A model generated the notes under the pieces. It did no database searches and was not told the DNA's origin. It was given only the letters and a program-made list of their open reading frames with translations. A DNA stretch of 64,000 bases, counting the filler, from Jimgerdemannia flammicorona (taxonomy: Eukaryota): NCBI GenBank assembly GCA_003990765.1. It is 3 parts of 3 records of this genome, joined end to end, with 100 filler letters (N's around TTAATTAATTAA, not from the genome) between each part and the next. Parts side by side here need not be neighbours in the genome. Positions count along the whole stretch, not along the records: positions 1 to 21,511 come from RBNJ01001436.1; 2 more parts are not named here. One strand, written 5' to 3'. Positions 1 to 9,665 of this stretch are shown piece by piece. Each line of letters starts with the position of its first letter. The first letter of the stretch is position 1. A program made the position numbers and the translations under genes.

Positions 1-380
1 ATTTGAGCTTGAATCCGATGGTAGAAACTCTTGGGGGTTTCATTGGCAGCTTGGCTCATGTAGGTCAAAGCCTCCTGTGCTTCTTGTTGGCACTCGAATC
101 CATTGAACTGGGCACGGAGCCAGGCTTTGTGAATCATGTACCTTGCTACATGGTTCCTATCAGGTTGAAGGCCATCATTCAGTTCCTCTATATGGATTTC
201 TCCTCCGGCTTGCTTGGCTTGATTATACCTCTGTAGGGCTGGTCCTCTCAGGAGCGACTCCACAATTCTGAGTTTTCTCGCAGCATCCCATTGTTTGGTG
301 GCTGCTTGAACTTTGATTTCTCCAAAGAATTCCTCGATATCTTCGTTGTCTGCACCATGGAACTTCTGAAGGTAGCTCAT
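1..380 (-). CDS. gag: Gag capsid-like protein of element A (partial, open to window edge)
   Basis: Hand translation from ATG at 380: MSYLQKFHGADNEDIEEFFGEIKVQAATKQWDAARKLRIVESLLRGPA...ETPKSFYHRIQAQ. It resembles element B Gag (MATSLPTFAGYLEEDPREFL...ESPRAFFIRIQKR). Absent from the ORF track because there is no stop inside the window. Confidence 0.75.
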   Translation of the reverse strand, partial: MSYLQKFHGADNEDIEEFFGEIKVQAATKQWDAARKLRIVESLLRGPALQRYNQAKQAGGEIHIEELNDGLQPDRNHVARYMIHKAWLRAQFNGFECQQEAQEALTYMSQAANETPKSFYHRIQAQ

Positions 381-1262
381 GTCTGGCTCGTCTTCACTAT
401 CTGAGTATTGTTCAGGGGTAGGGGATCTGACAGATCCTTGGGGTGATGGGAAAGGTGGTGGTGCTAGTACTTGATGAACTAGTGGTGCTGGCAGAGGGTG
501 GTGTCTTGGTGAGGGTGAGGGTAATCTGGCTCTCCTAATTAATGCTGGGGTTGAAGTCCTGGGTAGTGGTGGAGATCTTCTGATTGACTGGTGATAGTGG
601 CGAGGTGTGAGTGACCAGGGTACTGAAGTTCGAGCAACTGATGGTGGGAGTGGACTAATATAACTGATAGTAAGTTCGTCTGCCCCTTGCTGTTGTGAAG
701 TAGTGAGGTCTGGTTCGTCTGGTTGCTGCTGTGGGTCAGTGTCGCTGTCTGAATAATAGTATAGGTTGAATTCGTCCCTTTGATGGTCTGATCCCCAATC
801 GTCGTCTTGCTCTAGTTGATATGGATGGTAGTCCTCTTCTCCTTCTGATGTTTCAAAGTATACCCAGTCTAGTGGAGTGACTCGAGTGACAACAGTAGTG
901 ATGTAGTTGCTTCTGTCTGAGTTCTTCCTATGGATAAGGGTCTGATACTCCTCGGGGATATCCTCTTCTTCTTCTTCTTGGCCTAAGTCTTGGATCTGAA
1001 GGGGCTTTTCTGGTTGCCCTCTGAGTTGTCTCCTTTCTCTTGAAGTCAAGCTGTAATCTGGGTCACTTCTTTCTTCTGATTCAGTTTTCTGGCTACTGGT
1101 GTTGAGTAGGGTTCTGGCTACTGTTCTGACAAGGGTGTGGGCTTTCTTTTCTGCTGAGGAGGGCTGTTGCTGCCCCTGGTTCAGTTGCTGACTTGGTCCT
1201 GCTAAGTTCTCCACTGTAGATTGCTGGGTTCTTGAGCCAAATGGTCAAGTCTTTTGAAAACT

Positions 1263-1280
1263 TTCCCAGTTGAGCCCCCA
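1263..1280 (-). promoter_or_regulatory. Primer-binding site of element A, tRNA-Pro-like
   Basis: TGGGGGCTCAACTGGGAA starts 3 nt after the LTR end. TGGGGGCTC is the start of the tRNA-Pro PBS (as in MLV). Near-identical PBS at 13409-13424. Confidence 0.8.
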
Positions 1281-1889
1281 AAATGTGACGTTGGTTATGT
1301 ATAATGAACTTCGACTGCATGGCTCAATGTATGCCACTTGGTGAAGCGTGCAGCGCAATGTATAACTGAGTGCATTGGTGACGTTCGCGGGTCGATGGTC
1401 ACGTGACAGGTCGTTCGATTCGTGCAGCAATTGATAATAGAATAGCGGGACTTCGATTGTTCAACGATGGTGGCTCAATTGTTTAGTGGATGAGGTCGTT
1501 TGATTGTGCTGGCTAAGTTTCCTGGTGGCGATTAACTTGGCGGCAAACTTGGCGGGCGATGGTCTTGACTTTAAGCGGTTCGTGGTGCAGTAGCTCGGAA
1601 AAACAGAGGTTGATGGCTCGCTCATCCGTCTTAACTTGTTAGGTTGAAGGGTTCCTGGCAGTCGTTCGAGTATCTTGGCAGGTCTTAGGCTGCGGTCTTG
1701 TTTGGCTGGGTATCCTTGGGTCCTTGATTTTCCGGGTCTTGAATCTCGAATGGCAGTCGAATTGCGCGGTCTGAATGGCGGTCTGGTCTTGAATCCTTTT
1801 CGTGGGTCTCGGGTCTCAAATGGCGGTCCGAATGGTGGCGGTTGTGGTCTTGAATCCTTGGGTTTCCGGGTCTTGAATGGCAGTGGTCG

Positions 1890-2628
1890 GTCTTTGGTGG
1901 TCTAGTGCGGCTTTCCTTAGCGGCGGGTCTTGAACGTTTTCTTTCTTTCCATGGCAAGAGAAAATTCTTTAACTCAAACTTCCGAGCGATCTATTGCTCT
2001 AGGTTATCTTGTTCTCAGAATTTATCCGGTCTCTTGGAGGCAGTGGTTATTTCTCAAAACCAATTGACTGACTTTGCGGGTGGTCCGTGGTCTTGAATCC
2101 TTTTCATGGTGGCGGTCTTGTAACATTTTCTTTCTTTCTGTGGCAAGAGAAAATTCTTTAACTCAAACCTCGAGCGATTGTTGCTCTAGTTATCTTGTTC
2201 TCAGAATTTATCCAGTCTCTTGGAGGCAGTGGTTATTTCTCAAAACCAGTTGACTGACTTTGCGGGCGGTCCGTGGTCTTGAATCCTTTTCGTGGTGGTG
2301 GTCTTGTAACGTTTTCTTTCTTTCCATGGCAAGAGAAAATTCTTTAACTCAAACCTTGAGCGATCGTTGCTCTAGTTATCTTGTTCTCAGAATTTATCCA
2401 GTCTCTTGGAGGCAGTGGTTATTTCTCAAAATCAGTTGACTAACTTTGCGGGTGGTCCATGGTCTTGAATCCTTTTTGTGGCGGCGGTCTTGTAACGTTT
2501 TCTTTCTTTCTGTGGCAAGAGAAAATTCTTTAACTCAAACCTTGAGCGATCGTTGCTCTAGTTATCTTGTTCTCAGAATTTATCCAGTCTCTTGGAGGCA
2601 GTGGTTATTTCTCAAAACCAGTTGACTG
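1890..2628. repeat. Four ~186-bp tandem repeats in the R/U5 part of LTR A
   Basis: GGCAAGAGAAAATTCTTTAACTCAAAC recurs at 1953, 2142, 2328 and 2514 (spacing 189/186/186). Confidence 0.95.
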
Positions 2629-2631
2629 AGG

Positions 2632-2667
2632 TTTATTCACTCTAAGAATATGGGTTATTTATACAAG
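2632..2667 (-). promoter_or_regulatory. LTR A TATA box and poly(A) signal
   Basis: Minus strand CTTGTATAAATA-N18-AATAAA. The same module occurs in the other LTRs. Confidence 0.7.
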
Positions 2668-3089
2668 TTTGCTAGCTATGAGGGGGCGCAACTAAGGCTA
2701 AGGTATACTACGTTGTGGCAAACTTCGCTATGCTATTGGCTTGCATGATGTGAAGGGCTGACTTGCTGACAAGATGCTGAAAACAGTTGCACTGGATAGC
2801 AACACTGGATTCGGTTGTGCTGGGTAGCAACACTGAATTCGGACTTGCTGACTTGCTGACACGGACGGATATGGATGCGGCGATTGTTGCCAGAAGCAGT
2901 TGTGGAGGGTAGCAATGCTGAAAACGGACTTGCCGACAAAATGCTGAAAACGGAGGTACTGGGTAGCAACGCTGGATTCGGATGAGCTGACATGATTGCT
3001 GATTGTTGCCAGAAACGGTTGTGGGGGGTGGCAATGCTGAAAACGGATGCTGACTAAAAGCTTGGTTCTCACGGCTGATAGGCGGTACT

Positions 3090-4076
3090 CTAGAGGGAAT
3101 AGTACCATTCATCCGCGGTGGGCAAATCTTGCTGGGTTGCGATTTCTTCTTCATCATATCTCTCCTCAAAGGGGGGAAGCGCCGGCCAAGAGGTGAGGGG
3201 GTAGAAAAGTGGCCAGTCATCTTCAACAACATTCTCCAACCCTTGAACAGCTTGAATGCGGACAGAGGACTGGTAGACTCTCTGTCGCTCTTCTTCTTCT
3301 TCTGAAGACTCGTTAGTTTCAGTGTCAGAGGGGGTTTCTTCAGGGGCAGGGTCTTGGAGTTCTTGGGTTTCCTCTTTAAAGACAGGAACTTCTTGGGCTT
3401 CCTCTTGATTCGGTTCCCAAATGATGAGGTGTGAATTGTGGCTGACAGGGTGGTGGGTGGTTGGAGTAGCTCCAACAGGTGTTTCTATAGTGATGGGCAG
3501 TCCTTCAAATATCTCCATGAGACTCATTAGGTGACCTTGATGGTTGTCTCGGAGTGGGGTGGTGTGAAAACCTGGCTGAGTAGGTTCAGTTTGTTGGCTT
3601 CCTATGGCGATGCAGTTGCTGCCAATAGCATTGGCTACTTCAGATTCTATCCAGTCAGCATCTTCAGTTGAAAGGTGGGAGAGGCTGCCAGCTGTTACTC
3701 CTTGTAAGTATGCTATAGCCCAGGGAATATGGTGGAAGATTTGATGGACACAGAGGGCTCTCTTGATTAGCCGACTGGTGGTTAACATTTCAGCAATGAG
3801 GTCTTCCTGGTCTCCTTCTTGAGTCTCATTGCGAAGGTGGTGTCCAATTTCATAGTCATGCCAGAGGGTCATTCGTTCGGTAGTGTCTTTGAGCTGTTGG
3901 GTCATTATATACCAGTAGTTGATGAAGTGTCCAAGGTCCTCAGTGTAGAAGTTCAAGTGTTCGGAATTATCTGGGCACCAGATGGCCTTCTTGATAGCTT
4001 CAAAGATCAGGGTCTTTGGGCCAGGCAAAGGGGTAGAGCGGCGGGAGGTCTGGTTGGTTCGGCGAATGGGAGGCAT
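3090..4076 (-). CDS. LTR(U3)-encoded accessory protein of unknown function, copy 1 (intact, 328 aa from MPPIRR; frame open from ATG 4250)
   Basis: Homologous by eye to 38229-39038 and 58712-59545 (WHDYEIGH, HQIFHHIPW, PLRDN, FEG motifs). All three align from an MP start. TATTTAA at 4132-4138 upstream. Confidence 0.8.
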   Translation of the reverse strand: MPPIRRTNQTSRRSTPLPGPKTLIFEAIKKAIWCPDNSEHLNFYTEDLGHFINYWYIMTQQLKDTTERMTLWHDYEIGHHLRNETQEGDQEDLIAEMLTTSRLIKRALCVHQIFHHIPWAIAYLQGVTAGSLSHLSTEDADWIESEVANAIGSNCIAIGSQQTEPTQPGFHTTPLRDNHQGHLMSLMEIFEGLPITIETPVGATPTTHHPVSHNSHLIIWEPNQEEAQEVPVFKEETQELQDPAPEETPSDTETNESSEEEEERQRVYQSSVRIQAVQGLENVVEDDWPLFYPLTSWPALPPFEERYDEEEIATQQDLPTADEWYYSL

Positions 4077-4446
4077 TGTGTGGTGGGTACTTGGTTCTTT
4101 GGTGCCGATCTCTGAGGCAAAGCAGGGTTCCTTAAATAACGTGGTCTTCATTTGGCTCGGATCTTCTTGTCTCCTTTTGGGATGATCACCTAATGGGTCA
4201 GGCTGTCTATTTGATTGTCCCGCCATTATGTCGTCTGATCTTGTGGTCATAGGGTACTCCGAATTTGGACAGGGTCAATTGTAGATGTCACAATAGATAT
4301 TCTCTAATATAATTTTATTTCTAAATATTATCAATTATTAAATTAATATTAATTAATAACTTAAATCTCTTATTCTTAACTTTATCAAGCTTGAAGGTCC
4401 TCATTCTGAAGAAAATATTATAGATACTTTTATTGGTTATACATAT

Positions 4447-5718
4447 TGTAATATGCCCTGCTCAATGGAGGCAAATTATAAGATTGGGGGTTGATGTAGT
4501 TTGGCTTGAGCCCCTAGTTACTTTGTCAAAAAGTAACAAAATGTTTTAAGATTCCTGAGGTCCTTGGTGTTTAGTGGTATAATAGTCAAGCTGGATATCT
4601 GTGAGTGGTTTCCTTATTGGGATGGTTCTCTAGGTGTAGTGGCGATTTGTGTCTTTCCTTCTTGAATCAACTGGGAATAACAGAATTTGTATGTAGTGTG
4701 ATGATCTCTTTGTGCATGACAGTCTGGCAATTTAGCGGTTCTCCTTATGCAATTTCTGCATGACGATCTTGTGTAGCACAATGATCTCCAGAAGTATGCA
4801 ATTTTTGATGAATAGCTTGATTTGGCACAGCTTCTCCTAAATCAGTGGGGTTCTTGAATGTTACTGGAAATTGTACTGGTGGTGGATAACTTGATAACTC
4901 AGGCTCACTGGGAACAATAGCTTGGGTGGTGCTGATTCTCTGGAAATGCAAATAACTTGAAAGATGGCAGATGACATGAATTCTCCTGAATTAGCGGACT
5001 TCTTGAAAATGGCAGTTTCAACTGGGAATTAACTCAGATTCTTGGAAAGGGTCTCTTGACAAAGTTGCATCAAAGACTGGCTTCATTTGTGTGGAGTTAC
5101 ATCATTAGACTGACTCTATTGTGAAGTTGCATCAAATAGACTGGCTTGTGGCAAGTTCCTTATAGCGGGCTCTCTGGGAATGTGATAACTTAGAAATGGC
5201 AGCTTATTCCTTAAGTGGCGGATTTCTCTTCAAAAGGTTGCAAAGTTCTTTCTCGAACTTAGACAGTAAACTTGAATTCTTCAGACTTATCTGGCAAGCA
5301 TACCAATCAATCTTTGTATTAGAAAGTGGACCGGAGTGGAAATAAGGGGACCAATTGCTCAATCTTTAGAGGCTTCTTTGGTTTGTACTTTAATTCAGAC
5401 TGAGGTTTATTCACTTTTGTCTCTGGGGTAATTTATACAAGTTGGTTACTACCTGGTTACTATGTGGCTAACTATAGATTTGCTACTTATGGTAAGTTGT
5501 GCAGGTTCAGTACAGGTGTGCAGGTTCTGTATAGATATACAGGTCCTATACAGGTATGCAGGTTATGTACAAATGTATCTTATCTGGTAGGTTGGCTATT
5601 TATACAATTTCTGCAGCAATGGTTGCTGGTTACTATTCTGTGTATTCACATCATTTGACTAATTATTCATGTCATTCAACTAAGGTATAATTTGGGTGAT
5701 ATGCCTCAGTTCGTCACA
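4447..5718 (-). repeat. 3' LTR of element B (1272 bp)
   Basis: TGTAAT...GTCACA; direct repeat of 13427-13859 plus 19653-20536; TATA/AATAAA module at 5406-5441. Confidence 0.93.
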
Positions 5719-6249
5719 TCAGTCCCCACTAAAGGATGGTCTGTCCTCAGACTATCCTTTAGTCATCATCCCAGTGTGGGTAAGCATCCTCTGCATCAAT
5801 ACCTATTCTATCATCTTCATTGTCTGTCCCATGGTTTCTCTATTCCAAAGGTTCTTCTTCTTCTTCCAGGAATAGGATTTCAACAGCATTGTTGATGCTC
5901 AAGTAGGTGGCTAGGTTCATTCCTTGTATGTTATGCCAGGAGAATTGTACTTGTATCAGGGCCGTAGGGTTTCATTTATAAAAGGTGTATAGCCTGTCTG
6001 CAGCAGTAGTATCTCTTTTTGATAACCCTATGATACTTCTGATGTATGTTTGTTCTGGAACTGGGAGGTTCTGCAGTTGTTCTCTAATTGCATAATGGGC
6101 CTGCAGTTGGTGGACCTGTAGCAACTGTCTGGTCAGGACAAGATTCTCTTGATGAATCTGGATCTTTTGGAGAGTGTTCCCATTGACTTCTCAGAATTGG
6201 AGTAGGGGAATTGGCAGTGATTGAAATAAGTTGAGGACAAGAGTTTAGA

Positions 6250-7468
6250 GGCAGTTGTTAACTCTCTGGTTCATAGTATAGAGAAAGGTATATCTTGAGG
6301 CAGTTGATATGTACTGGTGTTTTGAGGTCATCTTCTTCATCTTCTTCTTCATCTTCATCATCTTCTTCTCTCTTATTATTATCATCTATATTATAATTAT
6401 AATTAGAATTATAATTAATATATTATTAATATTATTAATATTTATATAATAATATTTACATACCTATAATGTTCATCCATCTATGTTTCTTAAATATATG
6501 CTGGTTTCTCTGATATTATATATAAGATAAGGTCCTTCCCATTTGAGTTCCAGTTTGGCAGGAAAATTCATTTCAATCATGCTTCTCCAAACTAGTACTT
6601 GATCTCCAATCTTGATCTCCTGATCCTTCTGTTTTTGGTTACAGTACTTCTTTTGTCTTTCTTGGGCTTTGATAATCTGTCCTCAGGCTTGATTACATAA
6701 TGTTCTGCCTTCTTGAGGAGGTCTCCAAGATTCTCATAGTCAGCAGTTCTGGTTCTCTTGGCAAACATCATTTCAAAGAGCTTTTGTTTGGTGGAGGTGG
6801 CAGGGGTGTTCTAAATTTCCCATAGGATCTCAGGTAAGCAGATGTCTCAATTAGTAGGATTGACTCAGGTAAGTTCTGTCTTGATGGTCTGGTTCATTCT
6901 CTCTGTCATGCCATTGGTCTGGAGGTGGTATGATGTGGTCCTTTTGAGGTAGATCTTTTGAATTTGGGTATAACTTGTGATTATGTTGTTGATGAATTCG
7001 GTGCCTTGGTCAGAGATGAGTTCTTCTGGGGGTCCATATCTGAGTGCAAGTCCATGGAGGAGGCCTACAATGGTTAAGACATCTGCAATTTCCATTGGGA
7101 AAGCCTTGGGCCACTTGGTCAGATGTTCTACTGTATTTGTTTCTTCTTGGTGTAACTGGTAGAGGTCCAATTACATCTACTCTCCATCTTTGAAGAATGT
7201 GAGTAGGTGGGGGAATCAGTTGCAGAGGGGCTTGATAGTTCTTCTTTCCTTGGTACTTCTGGCAGGTGTCACATTTCTGAATAATATCTTGGACTTGTGT
7301 TCTAAGGTTAGGCCAATGTTGGTATGTTGTTTGCAACTTCTCTTCTATATTTGCCTGTCCTTAGTGGGCTTTCTGATGTTCTTTTCAGATGAGATCTTCT
7401 TGTGCCTTGATGGTCTGAGGAGCTTCCTTTAGGGTGTAGTTCCTTGGGACACCCTTCTTCTGGTTCAT
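6250..7468 (-). pseudogene. Integrase of element B (zinc finger, catalytic core, GPY/F), disrupted
   Basis: CDTCQK, VDVIGPLPVT, ISDQGTEF, YHLQTNGMTERMNQT and KWEGPYL motifs with stops and frameshifts. Confidence 0.9.
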
Positions 7469-8800
7469 TGGAGCTGGTGGGAAAGTACATCAACATTGTT
7501 GTGGGCTTTCCCTGCTTTGTGGATGATAGTGATCTTGTAATCCTGAAGGATAAGGATCCAGCAGGCTAGGATTCTGGTGGGTTCCTTATAGTTGAATAAC
7601 TATTTGAGGCTTGTATGGTCTGTGATCAGGGTGAACCTTTTCTAATGAGGTAATGCTTGAACAGAGTGACTGCCCATATGACTACAAGACATTCCAGTTT
7701 GGTGCTACCATAGTTCATCTGCTGCTGATTAGTAGCTCTGCTTGCATAGGCTATCATATAGTGCTGTTGGTCAGGTCCTTCTTGGGCTAGAACTGCTTCT
7801 AAGCCATCTTTTGAAGCATTTGCATACAAGATGAATGGCTTCTATAGATTGGGGTGCACAAGGATTGGTGCTGTAGTCATACAGTTCTTGAGTTTTTTAA
7901 AGGCTTTTTCTTGCAATTCTGTCCATTTGAATGGTACTCCTTTCTTGAGAAGAGTTCAGATTAGGGCAGCGATTTGGGCAAAATCCTTGATAAACCTTCT
8001 GTAGTAGGATACTAGTATCAGGAATGATAGTGTTTCCTTTGGAGTCTTGGGTACTGGCCATTTGTTGATCTTCTCAGTTTTCTTTAGGTCTGTATGAGTT
8101 CCTTTCTTTGAAACCATGAATCTTAGGAATTTAAGTTTCTGTTTTCCAAAGTAGCATTTCTTTGCATTCAATCTCAAGTGATTCTTGTGGGTGAGCTTGA
8201 AGAATTCCTCTAAGTAGTACAGGTGTTCTTTGAAATTTGCTGAATAGATATTGGAATCATCCATGTATACAATCAGACAGTGGTGGATCAAGGGAGCATA
8301 GACTGAATTCATCATCCTCTGAAAGGTGGGGGGTGCATTGCAGAGTCCAAAGGGCATTTGGAGGTACTCAAACAGTTTTCCTAGAGCAAGGAAGGCTGTC
8401 TTCTGAATGTCCTTGGGGTCCATGGGGATCTCATGGAATCCTGTGAAGAGGTTTATACTGCTGAAGTATCTGGCATCTTGTAACTGATCCAAGAGGTCAT
8501 CAATTCTGGGCAGAGGATATGCATCTTTTTTGGTGACTGAATTGAGTTTCCTGTAATCTACACAGAGTCTCCATCCTCCTTTCTTTGGTACAATGAGTAT
8601 AGGGCTGGCCCAGGGGCTAGTAGAGGTTCGGATGACTCCATTGTCTAAGAGTTCTTAGATGTGCTCTTTTTTGAATATTTTTAGATGATGAGGTATTCTA
8701 TAAAGTTTCTGCTGGATGGGTGTTGCATTTCCTGTATTTATGCTTTAGTGGTATGATGGATTGTATGGCAGATTGCCATAATCAGTAATAAAGATATCTT
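7465..8800 (-). pseudogene. pol: Reverse transcriptase and RNase H of element B, disrupted
   Basis: WRLCVDYRKLN, MPFGLCNAPPTFQR, YMDD, NASKDGLEAVLAQ, GKAHNNVDVLSH. Confidence 0.92.
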
Positions 8801-9286
8801 GATATTTGTTGAGAAGTTCTACTAGTTATTGTTGTTGTTGGGGTGTCAATTCTTCTCCAATATTGGTGGAAGGCTTCACTGTCTCCTGGGTCACAGAGGG
8901 GCCTTTCCTTTCTTCTGGGACCTTTTGCTGTTTCCTGATAGGTTTAGTTCATAAACCTCCCTATAAGTTCGGTTGAGAAAAGGCACCAGATACCCTATGA
9001 TGGTTTCTTTTGGCAAGATAATGGTTTCCCAACTTTGGTTGGTTGCTTAGGAGTGTACTGGATTCATCTTGTCAGAGAATGTGTGTCCCTCTATATCTAG
9101 GTGGGGAATATCTTCCTTGAGTTCAAAGAAAAGGTTTCTGGGGTCAGGTGGTGCAAAGATTTCGAAGGTTGCTTGTTCTCCAGGCTCCAGGATGAGATTC
9201 TTGTACAGTCTGACTGGTTGCCAGTACACTTGTTGGGGAGCATTCTTCTTGAGGTGGTTGACTTGAAGGAGATGTACTTCCTTCTT

Positions 9287-9665
9287 ATCTGAGCTTTCAA
9301 ATCCTTTAGCTTGCCTTATTCCTTCTGTCAGTTCAGATACTTCCTGTAATTGCAGGGTCCTAACTTTCATGAAGACTGCTTGGGCAATCTTCTGTCCTCT
9401 AATGATTCAGTACCATTCTGCACTGCTGTTGTATAAGATAACCTTGATTTCGCCTATGCATCCTGAGTCAATAGTTCCTCCTTCTACAGTTATTCCTTGT
9501 CTGGCAAGTCCAGACCTTGAGGTCAATTGGATATAAGCTCCTTGGGGTGGCTGTATGGCTAATCTGGTTCTGACCATAAAGGTTTTTCCAGACTTGATAG
9601 ATTCATTCTCCAGGCTATGAAGATCATACTCTACATCTTCTGGGTGAACTTTGATTGGTGGTTTG
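9287..9665 (-). pseudogene. dUTPase domain of element B (between protease and RT)
   Basis: YDL, SRSGLARQGITVEGGTIDSG, GQKIAQ and RQAKGFESS correspond to trimeric dUTPase motifs I-V. Confidence 0.88.

Larger units (their letters stand above)
1..4292 (-). mobile_element. Element A: LTR retrotransposon, 5' part (5' LTR, PBS, start of gag); continues beyond window start
   Basis: On the minus strand a TG...CA-bounded LTR is followed by a PBS and a Gag-like frame running off position 1. PBS and Gag start resemble Gypsy element B. Confidence 0.85.
1284..4292 (-). repeat. ~3.0 kb 5' LTR of element A
   Basis: Perfect 6-bp inverted termini TGTGAC (1284) / GTCACA (4292). PBS on one side, abrupt switch to AT-rich DNA on the other. 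Internal TATA+AATAAA module at 2632-2667. Confidence 0.75.

Noticed and set aside
1263..1280. tRNA gene
   Set aside because: Only an 18-nt match to a tRNA 3' end next to an LTR, i.e. a PBS; no cloverleaf.
1890..2628. Regularly spaced repeats as a CRISPR array
   Set aside because: Whole 186-bp units repeat with no unique spacers; no cas genes; eukaryotic TE context.
2708..3475. 255-aa and overlapping shorter minus-strand ORFs
   Set aside because: Alternate frames of the U3 ORF running into short repeats; no counterpart in LTRs D or G.
3090..4250. U3 ORF as an env gene, and ATG 4250 as its start
   Set aside because: No signal peptide or transmembrane segment seen. Homology to the other two copies begins at the Met at 4076, which has a TATA-like box upstream.
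9047..9280. Second degenerate dUTPase-like domain in element B (LILEPGEQATF)
   Set aside because: No catalytic motifs; may be an ordinary pre-RT linker. Needs a profile search.
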